Shown here: piece after piece, positions 10,172 to 19,276 of the stretch
Numbering within the stretch: position 1 is the first letter of the stretch
Layout of the letters: every line of letters begins with the position of its first letter
DNA from: an uncultured Verrucomicrobiae bacterium
Lineage (GTDB): Bacteria; Verrucomicrobiota; Verrucomicrobiia; Chthoniobacterales; UBA10450
DNA length: 64,000 nucleotides
Assembly: GCA_963815455.1 (NCBI GenBank)
Contig: CAWFGO010000002.1
Span: 640,001 to 704,000, forward strand
Direction of reading: 5' to 3'
Position numbers and translations under genes: made by a program
The notes under the pieces: generated by a model
Database searches by the model: none
Told to the model about the DNA's origin: nothing
The model's input: only the letters and a program-made list of their open reading frames with translations

Positions 10172-11272
10172 TTAGGGGTCGACGTTGGCATCATATATGC
10201 GATCGAGGTAAATGTTATTATCATCATGCGTGATTTCCGGATGCCAGCCCTCATCTGTTGGGTACTTAAATGAAATACTAAAAAACCCGGGATTCAGGGT
10301 GCCGCCGACGTGTACTAGAGTGTAACGCGATGGAGCCGCTCTAAAGTCGCCGGTCATAATAACGGACAGACGGCCGTCAAGAATCGCATTGCCCCCAACT
10401 TCGATGTTATCAGCGGACTCCGGAGTAACATTACAGATCGTGTTGGCCTGTAGCGTCAACTCCAAGTTATGAGTGAAAGTGAGCGTTCCTGCCGACGGTA
10501 TAAGCGTGCCTTGGATATAGGTGAGGCCAGTGCCTAGCCCGAGCGGCGTCGTTGTAACAGTTCCATTACCGGTGATTGTCCCCGAGGCATGCACGGTAAT
10601 AGCCCTTGTGAAGGTGTGATCGTTCAGGACAACAACGCTTCCTCCATCCGTAACATTCAACAGAGCAGTACCCCCCGGGTTAACACCGTCTCCCCCGATG
10701 AAAAGCCGGGCACCTATATAACCGATCCCTGGAAAGTAGTGACTAATGAACCAACGGGAACCTTCGCCAATCACAGTTACCGAGCCAAACGAGTTCGCTG
10801 CCGCACCGATGTACGAGCCAATGTTGTTCACATGAGCCCCACCTTTGATGATGAGATCGCCTTTGCCGTAATATCCGACGATAACTGTGCCCGGAACGTC
10901 CGGATTAATGATATCGGGATTTACCTCTTGGACGCCAGGGTCACCGACCGTCAAGGTCGTGTTCGAACCAGAGACCACGGTAGAACCCGACTCTCCAGCA
11001 CTGTTCCCGAGAACTAGACTATTAGCGCAAGTCGCAGACGTGGCAATGCTCGGCCTGCCACCGTTATTGACGTAAGCGGCCACCGGAGGCGAACAACTTG
11101 GAAGCCCCATGTCCCATTTCCCAGCCTCAAACCAGTCGGCATCGCCATCAAGCCAATGTGTGGCTGGTGTTGGCGTGGGGCCTTGGGCACGCGCAGACGC
11201 GCCGAAGAACGTGAAGGTTAAGCTGCAAATGCAGCTGATGAAAATTAATTGCGCTAAGGGAGTTGTCTTCAT
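10172..11272 (-). CDS. Secreted autotransporter-passenger-like beta-helix protein
   Basis: Likely start MKTTPLAQLIFISC (signal peptide), PTPTP linker, GxLxIxGGxxV / GSVTVxGxGSRW repeats; no barrel domain. Confidence 0.6.
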   Translation of the reverse strand: MKTTPLAQLIFISCICSLTFTFFGASARAQGPTPTPATHWLDGDADWFEAGKWDMGLPSCSPPVAAYVNNGGRPSIATSATCANSLVLGNSAGESGSTVVSGSNTTLTVGDPGVQEVNPDIINPDVPGTVIVGYYGKGDLIIKGGAHVNNIGSYIGAAANSFGSVTVIGEGSRWFISHYFPGIGYIGARLFIGGDGVNPGGTALLNVTDGGSVVVLNDHTFTRAITVHASGTITGNGTVTTTPLGLGTGLTYIQGTLIPSAGTLTFTHNLELTLQANTICNVTPESADNIEVGGNAILDGRLSVIMTGDFRAAPSRYTLVHVGGTLNPGFFSISFKYPTDEGWHPEITHDDNNIYLDRIYDANVDP

Positions 11273-11347
11273 GCCTCGGCTTTTAGCCGCAAGAAGAAAT
11301 GGCTTCGAGATATTTAGTGTGACAATTGTGCGACTGGAAATCGCGGC

Positions 11348-11488
11348 CAGATCGAACTTGGTCGCCCGCGCCATTTCCAAACCGGTCTCGCCATCCTGGG
11401 CAAGATCGACATCGAACTCGGCTTCACGGAGGCCCTTGGCCAGAAAAGCGGCCGTTTTCTTTTCGTCCTCGATGACCAGGATTCGCAT
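11348..11488 (-). pseudogene. Truncated 5' copy (B) of the response regulator, in frame with the passenger-like ORF
   Basis: Same 47 aa MRILVIEDEKK...RATKFDL; ends before the phosphoacceptor Asp. Confidence 0.85.
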
Positions 11489-11521
11489 TTCGGGCGACGA
11501 GTCCCGCGGGACCCATCCGAC

Positions 11522-11953
11522 TCATGTTTCGTCCGCAGGCGGAAGGGCAATGATAAGTCCAGCCAACAGAAACGTGACTGCCGCCGAAAATAAACAGAAG
11601 CGGCAGTAGGCGTGCAGCACGAAAGCTTGCAGATACAAAAACCAAAGTGTGGCGAGAAACATCCCGCCGATGGTCAGAGCAAGAAATTTTTGGGCGCGTT
11701 TGGACCCGAACGCCGCGAAGGTCGCGAAACTAAACGCGCTGAAGTAGGCGAGCAGGCCGAATGCCGCCACCGGTATCCCACCTATGCGGGCGTAGGGGCT
11801 GCCCAAAACCCGGAAGCAATCGGGCGAGCCGCCGCAAATCAACGTTTCGCCGGTCAATCCCTGCACCGTGAGATAAGTCGCGTCGGCGAGTCCGGCCAGG
11901 GCTACAACCGCGGCCACCGCGCAAAGCGTGATTCGGAATCCTGAGATGGTCAT
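11522..11953 (-). CDS. Vitamin K epoxide reductase (VKOR) family protein
   Basis: CGGSPDCFRVLGSPYA loop, CRFC motif, four TM helices. Confidence 0.93.
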   Translation of the reverse strand: MTISGFRITLCAVAAVVALAGLADATYLTVQGLTGETLICGGSPDCFRVLGSPYARIGGIPVAAFGLLAYFSAFSFATFAAFGSKRAQKFLALTIGGMFLATLWFLYLQAFVLHAYCRFCLFSAAVTFLLAGLIIALPPADET

Positions 11954-12630
11954 TTTTTCTCCGTTTTTGAATCGCTTGCTTTGAGCGCCGCTTCAATCGC
12001 CGCACGAACCCCTTCGGGTGTTCGTTCGGTCGGACCGATCTCACGATTATTAACAAAAACCGTTGGCGTGCTTTTTACTCCCAGCGAGGCGCCTCGCTCC
12101 TGATCCGAATCGACCCGTTCCTTCACTTTGTCCGACTCCATGTCCTTTTTAAACTGCGCCAGATTCAGGCCCAGCATGCCCGCGGAAGCGTCAAACAACT
12201 CGTCGGCACGCTCGCTCTTGCTCCAGGTGTCTTGCTCGCGATAAAGCAAGTCGTGCATTTCCCAGAACCGGCCTTGAAGCCCGGCGGCTTCGGCAGCCAT
12301 CGCAGCCTGGCGAGCGTGCTTGTGTTGGGCCAGCGGGAAATTGCGAAAAATGATTCGCAAACGCGGGTTAAACTCGGTCGCGAGTTCGTCCAGAAAAGTT
12401 GAGATGTTGCGGCAGGGCGGGCATTCAAAGTCGCCGAATTCTTCGAGAGTGACCGGCGCATCCGGATTACCGCGGATGTGCATCAACGCGGTGTCGCCCT
12501 TGCCCGGCACTACTTTATCCTGGGGGATGGTCAGCAGATGCGGCCGCTTGGCCCGATAGAGCATCGCCCCGCTGCCCAATGTGGCCAACCCAACGACGGC
12601 AACAATAATAAATGGCAAATAGCGTTTCAT
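11950..12630 (-). CDS. DsbA/thioredoxin-fold disulfide oxidoreductase
   Basis: N-terminal anchor, DFECPPC, GVKSTPT; coupled to VKOR by a 4-nt overlap. Confidence 0.9.
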   Translation of the reverse strand: MKRYLPFIIVAVVGLATLGSGAMLYRAKRPHLLTIPQDKVVPGKGDTALMHIRGNPDAPVTLEEFGDFECPPCRNISTFLDELATEFNPRLRIIFRNFPLAQHKHARQAAMAAEAAGLQGRFWEMHDLLYREQDTWSKSERADELFDASAGMLGLNLAQFKKDMESDKVKERVDSDQERGASLGVKSTPTVFVNNREIGPTERTPEGVRAAIEAALKASDSKTEKK

Positions 12631-12702
12631 AACCGGCTGGAGAGCGGAAAGGTTCAGCGCAAGCGAAGAATGGTCAAATGCGACATATCCGGCGCGATCC
12701 GA

Positions 12703-15086
12703 TTACGGCAATCCGTGCCCGATCATGGACTTGGTCAATGCGATGTCCGAACTGCTCATCGATCCATCGGCGCTGATGTCTTCGCGGAAATTTGCGTTTG
12801 TCACGGGCTGGCCGCCCTGCCCTTTCACGATCGCAACATCCGTTGCGTTAACCACCTTGTTTCCTGTGGCGTCGCCCTTCAACATATTCACACTCACCGC
12901 CGTGTCGGGCAGAACCTGCGAGAAGCCGTCGATCACGTTGCTCAAAGTAACAGCGATCTTCTGCACATCTGTCACTCCAGTTAAATGAATCGTCATCGTG
13001 TTGCCGTTGAAGGTGGGACTTCCCGCGACGCTGCCGATGCCGTTCGTCACGCTCGCGTTGCCACTCGCCGGCGGGTTACTAAATGTCACAGCAATGGTGT
13101 GATTCCCGTTGCCGTTCCGGCATTCCAGGCCGGGTTCGCCAGCCAACGGCAAATCGATATCGAAGTCGCCCGCACCTCCATGCGTCATCCGCGAGACCGC
13201 CGACATGAGTTGCAGCGGGTTACAAGGTGCCGGGCCCTGAATTCCAACGGTGATCGGGCTCCCGGTCTTGAAGAAGCCGATCGTCGCGTTCGTGCGCCTG
13301 CGGCGGACTGTTGGAATCGAAACGGAAATTGTACGTCGTGCCAAAACGAATCGCGTTCGCGTTCTGGTTCTGGGCAAAGGTCTCCGTGCTCCAGCTCAGG
13401 GCGTTGGAAGTTTGATTCGAGATCCAGGCCGCATTGCTAAAGCCGGCGTTTCCGAGCGTTCCATCGTTTGGGAATCCGGGATGATTCGGCGGCGCGTGAA
13501 AGCCGAGGTTGCTGACCGTAATTCCGCATCCCAACGGCAGACTGAAAGATTGGATCGAGCGATCAAGATTCTGATTATGAATCGCGTATTCATAATGCCA
13601 TACGCCGGCAGATGGGTTTGTTACCTTATAGACAACGAAAGCCCGGCCATCGATTCCCGGCTGCGGGTTCAATCGTCGCGCTGGTCGCCCCGGTCCAGGC
13701 ATCCGTCGCGGGCATCATTCGCACGGTGGCTCCGACTTGCGCGAAGGTGAAACTAGTCGTGCCGGTAACACTGTAGCGGCGATAGGACGCGTTGTTATAC
13801 ATGTTGCATTGCCCGGGATGGGCCTGGCACCAGGCATACTCATGCGGTGTGTCGTATTGGACCTCGGCGTAATAGGTCGCGCCCGGATTTAGCGTGGTAT
13901 TCAGGTCGCTCATTTCCACCAAAATCCTGTGCGACGTACCGGTGTGAGTGTGGCCCGCGTGGCTCTCTGGCCTGGGACTCGCCCCTGGAAATGCGCCGGT
14001 AAACGGATTGACCCATGCCCGCGAACCCATGGCGCCCACGTGATCCGTCTGGCTCGCGTTTTGACTCGCGGAGTAAGGATCGGAGCATCCCACTCCCAGA
14101 GTCGTTGAGTTTACTGCGGGAGTACACCCCAAGCTGCAGTCGTCATCCTGGTTTGCCCCAAACGTATGCTTCACCCACGACTGGCCAATTTGTTCGAAGC
14201 GATCATTGTTGCTCGGTCCGCCGCTCATTCGATAGAGATTTTGGCAAAAAACGGAATGGTCAGTGTTCGGCAGCTGAAAAAAATGCAATTCCTGGTCACC
14301 GTTGTTGCAGGAGGTCGTTCCAGTCCCCAGGCCGACCTGGGTTCCACTGCTGCCAAATTGCGCCAAACCCGACATGTCTCCCACGATAACATCAGGCCCT
14401 TGCACAAAGGCCGGCGCATTCGGCGAGCCGCCGCGTCTCGGGGGCATGATCGACGATCGGGCCGCACCGTTAACGAATGTGACGATCTCGATCGGATACA
14501 CTGTCGCATCGACAGATATTTCCCCGACGACCGCTCTTGCGTCCGCCGGACGTCCCATTTTGTTGGCCAGCTCTTCTGAAATCAGAAGTCGTCCGCCCTT
14601 GATCCTAAAAAAATGCGCGGCCGGATCGTAATCGTAGAGGTGTCCTTCAATGTTGAAATAGACGAAACCCGTTTTCCCGTCGCGGATAATCAGCTCGAAT
14701 GGCTCGCCCGGAGCGGTTTTTTCGATCACGAGCTGGTTCGAAGACGCAGTTAACGGCTCGGGAAGAATCGTGGAATTTCGCAACGCTATCGAGCCTGGAT
14801 CGGGGTCGCGAAAAACATGGTTGAAGACACGGATCGTGAAAAACGAATTCGGACCAATCTCAAAACGGACGGTGTTCCGTTTCGATTCTCCGGCCGCGGC
14901 CTCGCTCCCATTTAATCGACTCAAATCGAGATCGAGCGCGACGTGCCCGTCTCCAACGATCATTCTTTCCAGAGTTCCGGTCTGGCTTTCCGGGCTCGTC
15001 TCTGGCGATTGCCGCGCGGAATTTCCAGAGCTATCGCTCAATAGAAAAAGCAACGCGAACGTAAAAAAACAGAGTATTTTTTTCAT
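12703..15086 (-). CDS. Large secreted Cys/His-rich protein with C-terminal Ig-like plus dockerin-like module (frameshifted)
   Basis: Signal peptide MKKILCFF; joins ORFs 13626..15251, 13220..13702, 12703..13377. Confidence 0.7.
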
Positions 15087-15249
15087 GATGATCGCGGCTT
15101 CCCGACGTCTTGGATACGCCGAAGGATTGTATACAGATTGGGCCGAAAGTAGACTGTTTTTTTCATGGGCTAAAAGCGTTTCAATCGCGCTCGCCTCGAT
15201 CCGTCCACGTTGATTTGTCGAGCCACGGATGCTAGGTAGCCGCGCCGCC

Positions 15250-18063
15250 ATGGGCCAGAACTACAAGGACACGCTCAATCTGCCGCGCACGGATTTCCCG
15301 ATGAAGGCGAACCTTGCTTCGCGGGAGCCGGAATTGCTCAAAGCGTGGGAGGAAACAGGCCTCTATCGGCAAATTCAAGAGTCACGACAGGATCGAGAAC
15401 TGTTCGTTTTGCATGACGGCCCGCCCTTTGCCAACGGCGACGTCCACATGGGCACCGCGCTCAACAAGATTCTCAAGGATTTCGTGGTGAAATCGCAAAC
15501 CATGCTCGGCAAACGCGCGCCGTATGTGCCCGGCTGGGATTGTCACGGACTGCCCATCGAATTCAAAGTGGTCAAGGAATCACGCGACCTTTCGCCGCTC
15601 GAAGTCCGCAAAAAATCCGAGGCGTTTGCCCGCAAATATGTCGATATCCAGCGCGAGCAGTTCAAACGGCTCGGCGTTCTCGGCGATTGGGAGCACCCCT
15701 ACCTCACTCTCGATCCGAAATACGAAGCTGAGATTTTGCGCGCGTTCGCCGTGTTCGTCGAAAAGGACCTGGTTTATCAATCGCAGAAACCGGTGTTCTG
15801 GAGCACCGGCGCGCAGACCGCGCTGGCCGAGGCCGAGGTGGAATATCAAGAGCGCGATGACACGACTGTTTATGTGAAGTTTCCGATCGCCAGCAATTCT
15901 GTAAGGGAAGCTGACAGCTTCCCAGCCGGAACCAGCATCGCCATCTGGACAACAACGCCGTGGACGTTGCCGGCCAACCTCGCCATCGCTGTCGATCCTA
16001 AGGAAACCTATGTAATCCAAAAGTTTTCGCGCGATGGCGCTTCTGAGACGCTCCTGCTGGCCGAAAAACTCATCCCGCAATTCTGCGCCAATACCGGATT
16101 CGCGCCTCTCGGCAAACCGCTCGCATCGTTTCCCGGAGCGAAGATCGACAAGATCAAAGCGCGCCATCCTTTCTTGGATCGCGAAGCAATCGTGCTCACG
16201 GCGGATTTTGTCACGATGGATACTGGTACCGGCGCCGTGCACATCGCGCCCGGCCACGGCGAGGACGATTACAAACTCGGCCGCGCAAACAATCTGCCAA
16301 TCTTGTCTCCGGTGGACGATCACGGCCTGCTCACGGACGAAGCCGGTCTGCCGAATCTTACGGGCAAGTACGTGTTCGACGCCAACATCGACATCGTCAA
16401 TTTGTTGCGCGAACGCGGGATGCTGCTGGCCGCGCAAAAATTCCATCACTCTTATCCGTACTGCTGGCGCTCGAAGACGCCGATCATTTTTCGCAACGTC
16501 GAACAATTCTTCATCCGCATCGACGCGCTCCGCGAAAAAGCGCTCCAGGCCATTCATAAAGATGTGAAATGGATTCCGGCCTGGGGCGAGAACCGCATCG
16601 CCGGCACCGTCGAATCGCGGCCCGACTGGGTCATCTCGCGTCAGCGCAGTTGGGGCGTGCCCCTGCCGGTTTTCTATTCAGCCGAAGGCAAACCGATTCT
16701 CGACGCGAAAATCATTCGCAAACTGGCCGATCTCGTTGCCGAGAAAGGTTCAAACATCTGGTTCGAATTGAACGATGTCGATCTTGCTAAAAAGCTCGGG
16801 CTTCCCGACGGCACAACGAAACGCAACGACACCATCGACGTTTGGATCGATAGCGGCGTGTCGCATAAAGCGGTTTGCGCCCTTCATCCCGAACTGCGCG
16901 ATCCCGCCGATATGTATCTGGAAGCGACCGATCAACATCGCGGCTGGTTTCAATCCTCGCTCATGACCAGCATCGCGCTGAACAATCGCGCGCCTTACAA
17001 AACCTGCGTCACCCACGGGTTCGTTGTCGATGTGGATGGCAAGAAAATTTCCAAGTCGGGCACTTACGATAAACCGATGGATGCCGGTCATTTCGTGAAC
17101 AAACACGGCGCCGATCTGGTCCGGCTTTGGGCGAGCAGCATCAATTACACGGATGACGTCCCTTTCTCGGAAGAAATGTTCACCCGTCTCGGCGATACCT
17201 ATCGCCGGATTCGCAACACGCTGCGGATTTTGCTGGGCAATCTTTTTGATTTCCCTGTAGCCGCGGTCGCTGACCGCGGCCCGGGGTCAACGACCCCGGC
17301 TACAACATTAGTCGATCGCTGGATCCTGGAGCGGCTCGATGAAGTGATCCGCGATTGTCGAACCGCCTACGAGTCGTTCGAGTTTCACAAGGTTTATCAC
17401 ACGCTCAATCAATTTTGCGCAGTCGATTTGAGCAGCCTCTACATCGACATCACCAAGGACCGGATGTATTGCGATGCGCCGGATTCTCCCCGTCGCCGGG
17501 CCACGCAGGCGGTCATGCGCGAAGTTTTCGACGCGCTTTGCAAATTGCTTGCCCCCGTTGTGGCCTTCACCGCCGAGGAAGCCTGGCGACATTTCGCTGT
17601 AGCCGCGGTCGCTGACCGCGGTCCGGCGTCAACGACCCCGGCTACAACATCGATCCACCTCGAAGAATTTCCGGGGCAAAGTGGCATGGGCTTCCAGCCC
17701 ATGTCCCCTCGGCAGGATGCCGATGCCACCAGTCAAGTCGGCGAACTGTTGAAGCTGCGCGGCGTAATCGGCCAGGCGATCGAGAAAGCGCGCCAGGAAA
17801 AACTCATTGGGAACGCGCTGGAGGCCGCTGTTACTTTGAATTCAAACTCCGATGTAACAGCAAAAATCGACAAGGCCGAGCTGGAAGAATTTTTTATCCT
17901 CAGCGATCTCACGATTGAGCAGGCGACGGAAGCGAGCGCATCCGTCACAAAAACAGCGCACAAGAAATGCGCCCGTTGCTGGCGTCACCGCGAATACGTC
18001 GGCAAAAGCAAGGCGCATCCGGAATTGTGCGACCGGTGCGAACAAGTAGTGAACGCGCGTTAG
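15250..18063 (+). CDS. ileS: Isoleucine--tRNA ligase (type 1)
   Basis: HDGPPFANG, HMGT (HIGH), WTTTPWT, KISKS, C-terminal CARC...CDRC zinc finger; followed by lspA. Confidence 0.98.
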   Translation: MGQNYKDTLNLPRTDFPMKANLASREPELLKAWEETGLYRQIQESRQDRELFVLHDGPPFANGDVHMGTALNKILKDFVVKSQTMLGKRAPYVPGWDCHGLPIEFKVVKESRDLSPLEVRKKSEAFARKYVDIQREQFKRLGVLGDWEHPYLTLDPKYEAEILRAFAVFVEKDLVYQSQKPVFWSTGAQTALAEAEVEYQERDDTTVYVKFPIASNSVREADSFPAGTSIAIWTTTPWTLPANLAIAVDPKETYVIQKFSRDGASETLLLAEKLIPQFCANTGFAPLGKPLASFPGAKIDKIKARHPFLDREAIVLTADFVTMDTGTGAVHIAPGHGEDDYKLGRANNLPILSPVDDHGLLTDEAGLPNLTGKYVFDANIDIVNLLRERGMLLAAQKFHHSYPYCWRSKTPIIFRNVEQFFIRIDALREKALQAIHKDVKWIPAWGENRIAGTVESRPDWVISRQRSWGVPLPVFYSAEGKPILDAKIIRKLADLVAEKGSNIWFELNDVDLAKKLGLPDGTTKRNDTIDVWIDSGVSHKAVCALHPELRDPADMYLEATDQHRGWFQSSLMTSIALNNRAPYKTCVTHGFVVDVDGKKISKSGTYDKPMDAGHFVNKHGADLVRLWASSINYTDDVPFSEEMFTRLGDTYRRIRNTLRILLGNLFDFPVAAVADRGPGSTTPATTLVDRWILERLDEVIRDCRTAYESFEFHKVYHTLNQFCAVDLSSLYIDITKDRMYCDAPDSPRRRATQAVMREVFDALCKLLAPVVAFTAEEAWRHFAVAAVADRGPASTTPATTSIHLEEFPGQSGMGFQPMSPRQDADATSQVGELLKLRGVIGQAIEKARQEKLIGNALEAAVTLNSNSDVTAKIDKAELEEFFILSDLTIEQATEASASVTKTAHKKCARCWRHREYVGKSKAHPELCDRCEQVVNAR
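15900..15923 (+). repeat. GTAA-hairpin REP inside ileS
   Basis: TGTAA-GGGAAGCTG-A-CAGCTTCCC; peptide SVREADSFP. Confidence 0.7.
17255..17307 (+). repeat. GTAG REP doublet inside ileS, copy 1
   Basis: CTGTAGCCGCGGTCGCTGACCGCGGCCCGGGGTCAACGACCCCGGCTACAACA; peptide VAAVADRGPGSTTPATT. Confidence 0.9.
17597..17649 (+). repeat. GTAG REP doublet inside ileS, copy 2
   Basis: 51/53 nt identical to copy 1; peptide VAAVADRGPASTTPATT. Confidence 0.9.
17681..17729 (+). repeat. GTGG REP doublet inside ileS
   Basis: GTGGCATGGGCTTCCAGCCCATG...GGCAGGATGCCGATGCCAC; peptide SGMGFQPMSPRQDADAT. Confidence 0.8.
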
Positions 18064-18064
18064 C

Positions 18065-18148
18065 CGTCATGTCGAGCGAAGTCGAGACATCCCGCGGCGC
18101 TACCATTCAGTGTTGCAACGGGATTCCTCGGCTTCGCTCGGAATGACA
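18065..18148. repeat. Inverted pair of CGTC/TGTC-type REPs between ileS and lspA
   Basis: CGTCATGTCGAGCGAAGTCGAGACATCCC...GGGATTCCTCGGCTTCGCTCGGAATGACA. Confidence 0.85.
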
Positions 18149-18153
18149 AGATT

Positions 18154-18660
18154 ATGAAATTCATCTTCTGCCTTTCTCTGCCGCTCTACCTGCTGGATCA
18201 ATGGACGAAACAGCTCGTTCTACGACACATCACCGAGCCATACGATGTCGGAGAGCAATTGATTCATTTGAAGAATTTTTTTCATTTGGTGAATGTGACC
18301 AACACCGGCGCGGCGTTCGGCTCGTTTAAGGATAACAACGCGTTCTTCGTGGCGATCTCCTGCATCGCGATGCTCTTTGTCTTGATTCTCCTCCTCCGGC
18401 GCGGGACGCCCGACACCTGGCGCGACGTCTCGCTGGCCCTGCTCCTGGCCGGGATCCTGGGCAATCTGACCGATCGCCTTCTTTACGGACACGTAATCGA
18501 CTTTCTCCTTTTCGATTTCGGTCCAAACGCGCCGAAACTGTTTGCTCCCTGGCCGGCATTTAACGTGGCCGATTCCTGCATCACCATCGCCGTGATTTGC
18601 TTCATCATTCATTCCTTCTGGGAGGGCAAGAGAAGAGAGCAGCCGGCGCAGCAGCCGTAG
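18154..18660 (+). CDS. lspA: Lipoprotein signal peptidase II
   Basis: DQWTK, NTGAAFG, GNLTDR, VIDF, FNVAD. Confidence 0.97.
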   Translation: MKFIFCLSLPLYLLDQWTKQLVLRHITEPYDVGEQLIHLKNFFHLVNVTNTGAAFGSFKDNNAFFVAISCIAMLFVLILLLRRGTPDTWRDVSLALLLAGILGNLTDRLLYGHVIDFLLFDFGPNAPKLFAPWPAFNVADSCITIAVICFIIHSFWEGKRREQPAQQP

Positions 18661-18720
18661 CCGCAGTTCGAACGCCTCTAACAGGTCGCGCGTTGCGCTT
18701 CGCACAGCGAAGCGGCTACA
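18657..18720. repeat. GTAG...CTAC inverted REP-like element overlapping the lspA stop
   Basis: GTAGCCGC...GCGGCTAC termini. Confidence 0.6.
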
Positions 18721-18813
18721 GTGGCTTCCGGAAGTCCTTCGGGTTTTGATCCTTTGCCCACTGTCCGTCAAATCGATGCAACCCTAGATAGACTCCTTCT
18801 ATCCCAAAGGTCC

Positions 18814-19239
18814 CTATTCAGCTGGGCAAACCAACAACACGGAATTACTTCGCAAATGAGGCGGTGGTCCAATTTGGACGTAAACCTCAAGGAGATCGCC
18901 TGGTTGCGCGTAAATGTCGGGCGTAATCCTCTTCCATTCCACGCTGTTCGGTGTCAGAAAGTGGTTTGCAGGCGCACTGGTGCTTGTTTTGCCCTGAATC
19001 TCTACCGGAGCGGGCGAATTTTTGCCGGAGAGTTTTTTCGAAGACGAAATCGTGGAGATGAACTCCAGCGAGGGCACCTTTGCCCTTCGAGGACCAATGT
19101 TACAAACGTAAACATCAAAGCTGATCTTGGAATGCGGCTTTACTGTGGTCTCGACTGGAATTAAGAGCAGACGGGGCTCTTGCGCTTGGACTGCCGCCAA
19201 GATAAGGATTTGCGAGAGTATGATTAGGACAATCTTCAT
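18814..19239 (-). CDS. Small exported protein, putative Rhs immunity protein
   Basis: Signal peptide, lower GC, 37 nt downstream of the Rhs toxin ORF. Confidence 0.55.
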   Translation of the reverse strand: MKIVLIILSQILILAAVQAQEPRLLLIPVETTVKPHSKISFDVYVCNIGPRRAKVPSLEFISTISSSKKLSGKNSPAPVEIQGKTSTSAPANHFLTPNSVEWKRITPDIYAQPGDLLEVYVQIGPPPHLRSNSVLLVCPAE

Positions 19240-19276
19240 CGATTAGATCATTAATAGTTTTTTTAGAAATGTATGA

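Noticed and set aside
17650..17660. CGATCCACCT match to the RAYT REP end inside ileS
   Set aside because: It encodes the conserved IleS S(I/V)HL motif; likely coincidence.
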